A stretch of 64,000 bases of DNA from Octopus sinensis (Eukaryota). The DNA lies in NCBI RefSeq assembly GCF_006345805.1, contig NC_043010.1, positions 64,542,001-64,606,000 of the forward strand. The letters are read 5' to 3'. Each line of letters begins with the position of its first letter. Within the stretch, counting starts at the first letter, position 1. A program made the translations under genes and the position numbers. Under the pieces are notes generated by a model that saw only the letters and a list, made by a program, of their open reading frames with translations, had not been told where the DNA came from and searched no databases. This document shows, piece after piece, positions 61,330-64,000 of the stretch.

Positions 61330-63990
61330 TAATGATGGGCTAAGTACCCTAACGACAAGCAGAATTATTATAAGCTTTATCATCGCTTAGTTGCATATTG
61401 TGTTTTTTTCACCCATTGGATAACAGCGAGCACATCCAACTGGAGGTTTTTTTGGTCTCCTACACTGTCGATGACCTTCAAAATCTTTGAGTCATACGCG
61501 AAAGTTTTTATATTGGTGAGTTTGATAACGTCAGTGGTGCCACAAAAGTAAATAACAAAGAGAAATGGATCCAATACAGGGCCTTGAGGAATTCCAATAA
61601 TGACAAGTGCTGAGCTTCATCGAACACCATTGAACACCACATGCTGGGTCTGTTCATCAGGAAACACTTCTAAAATTTCCCTCTGATTTCTGTGTTGGAT
61701 AGTTACTTTGACAGTATAATGCCATCAACTTTATCGAAAGCCTCGCTGAAGGCAAGGATAAATGGCATCTGCAATGGAACCCTCAGGACCTTTAGGGTGT
61801 GGTCAAAATGATGCAAGCACTGTCTTAAGAAGTCGCTGCTGGTTGTAAAAACATATTGTATGGAAATAAGTCGACAAACGTAAGGGAAGTGACTTACTCG
61901 AGACCTCACCCCTCTCTCAAATAATTTGATAATGAAGTAAGACTGGTAATTCGGTGGGGGTAATTTTTTTACCATTTTGAAAACTGGGACAATCGATTTT
62001 CAGCAAAATAACCAACGTCTAGTGATTTTATTCAGAGAATAGTTAGAGACAATACAAATTCATGTCATCATCCCCCCCAGAACTCTAGTGGGAAAGCTAT
62101 CGGGACTCACACCTCAGTTGCTTTTAATTTTGCTTCTAAGTGCTCTGATATGCAGGACGTCAAGAGATATAATGGATAGAGTGTGCAGGAGGTTTGCTTC
62201 ACAGATGCTGTCCAGATTAACCATACTTGCATTGCTGAAAGCAGAGCAGTATTGCTTCTGCAGAATCTCACCCATGGCTTTTCGCTTACTTAAGAGAATG
62301 TTGTCCTCATCAATCAAAGGTTCAGCGAATGCTACAGCGACCATTTTCTTTTTGGCAAAGGAGTAGAACACTTTGGGATTGAATCGATTTATATTAGATT
62401 GCATTACTTGATTCCAGAAAAACTCTATCAGTCAAGTACGCCTGTCGCTGATGCCAATACTTTAGTCGCTCGATTTTTGACTCATCCTTTTTAGTTTCTT
62501 TATTAGGGTTTTTATATATTTTTTGCTTATAATTAGTTTGGTTCATGGGCTGTTATGGAGAGTATCGTCAATATGTATTTGCGACAGTGTCCTCAAATAG
62601 CTTCCAGGATGTATTGATGCTATTTGGGGCGAGAGAATAAACGAAAGATGAGTCAGTGAATGAAAGATCCTGAGTGATTGCATTCCATTGTGAAGATCCA
62701 TGCGGTCAAAGAGTGTTGTGGTGAGAAATCAGATTTGGCTGACGGATTCCCACATTTCAGAGAACCTTGTTATGGTCGGAAAGAAGAGTCTTTTTCCTCT
62801 GCAATATTACAGACAGTGTCAGTGTGGTTACTAAACATTAAGTCCAATAGGTTTTTGCTAAGCTCGTTGGCTCTAGCATGAGTTGGAAAAGGAAAAATTA
62901 GTCAATAAAGTGACTCCACTGATGCGTTGTCTTGGACTGAATTGCAGATACCTGCTTTCAAGTTATAAATAGACTAGACAACGCAGGGGAAATTGAAATC
63001 ACCTACCATTAAAAAGATACCAGACTGACACAGTTGAATAAAGGATTAACATTGTTAAGACATTCTTTGAAGAATAGTAAAGGCGATTGTGATGGCCTGT
63101 AGAGAACAATTATAAGAAAATCATTGGTTTTGTTATACGGAAGTAATGATACACAGTAAACATTGGTGCATGAAACATTTGTAATTGCAGTGAATGAGTC
63201 TTGTAGTAAAACGGCAAATCCTCTCTTTCTTCTGCCGTTGCGATCTGCACGGGTCACAGTGATATTCCTCACTGGTCGGTAACCCAGTGTTAAATCTTTT
63301 ATCCCTTCGCATTGAAGGATGAACTGATGGCTTGTGCATTCAGCAGAAATTCTGAGATTAGAGTAGTGGCTTGATTAGACTTTTTCAAGGGTCTCGAAAG
63401 TGACTTATGTTTTAATATCAGCGAAAAGAGCAGATATTGTGTCGAGGGTAATAACAACGACAATGTGTGACAGTGGAAACATTTATCTGAATCTTTTTTG
63501 CTAGCTTTCGGGTGGATAAGAAAGAATAATTTGTCTGGTTAAGGAATATTTGGTGGATAAAGCTGTGGTTACATTGGCGGTTTTGTCGTTTGTTTGTTTT
63601 GTTTTTGTTGCTATAGGATGATCTCCAGTTTACTGAGTTGTTGACAAGGTTTGTGCTGGGTCTGTTGATTTTATTCTTGTTTCTGTTGGATGCTTCGTTA
63701 TTTCCTTATTAGTGGGGAAATCACGTGACGGTAGAGCTGCGGCTGAATATGTTTTTATGAAGCTTCTGATGTTGGCTAGGAGATTGTACTTCGATTCCTG
63801 GAAGATGTGTGAGCGTACAATAGTGCTGTAGATATAATATCTCGCGTTGGGGACAGCAGCAGATTTTAGGGGAATCATTTCATTTGGGTTTTTGTGCGTC
63901 TGTTGTTTTGGTGTGTCTGTAAATCAAGCATCTTGCTCCAGGCTGGTGGTTGAAATTGCAGTCATCGTAAAGAATAGCGTCATATTTTTG
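61330..63990 (-). mobile_element. Heavily decayed CR1/L2-group LINE (APE plus RT)
   Basis: VTRADRNGRRKRGFAVLL, VLYRPS, NPKVFYSFAKKK, AFSEAFDKVD, GIPQGPVLDPFLF, FAYDSK. Confidence 0.85.
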
Positions 63991-64000
63991 GATTTCGACT

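Noticed and set aside
1-64000. CRISPR arrays, rRNA or bona fide tRNA genes
   Set aside because: None seen; the tandem repeats are microsatellites or TE-derived, and the tRNA-like boxes belong to SINE heads

Overview
AT-rich, microsatellite-dense eukaryotic DNA. The SINE/LINE repertoire looks like an octopod cephalopod (inferred from recognisable repeats, not a database search). Host gene: five + strand, phase-1/phase-1 exons (30714-30800, 33106-33258, 47887-48036, 49250-49393, 58687-58833) join into a Cys-rich / EGF-like / beta-sandwich-like / EGF-like ectodomain of the molluscan MEGF/SCARF/PTP-like type. The fourth exon carries an in-frame TGA. Most of the rest is transposon debris: CR1/L2-like, RTE, Tx1/L1, R4/Dong, Penelope-like (PLE), mariner/maT, Helitron-like, a hAT MITE and tRNA-derived SINEs. 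The main result is a set of hammerhead-ribozyme motifs found by eye. (1) An intact canonical type I hammerhead (8688-8746) lies inside a 353-bp direct-repeat unit that resembles a retrozyme. (2) Minimal type I hammerheads lie in a 332-bp palindrome and an AT-rich PLE remnant. (3) Six copies of a motif carry the hammerhead core strands in a non-canonical order (NUH ... GAAA ... CUGANGA), with compensatory changes in stems I and III and an invariant 24-nt spacing. Four of these copies sit in the arms of two ORF-less A-B-A elements with 697- and 784-bp periods. All translations and pairings were done by hand, TE boundaries are approximate unless a TIR or TSD is given, and no catalytic activity has been shown.
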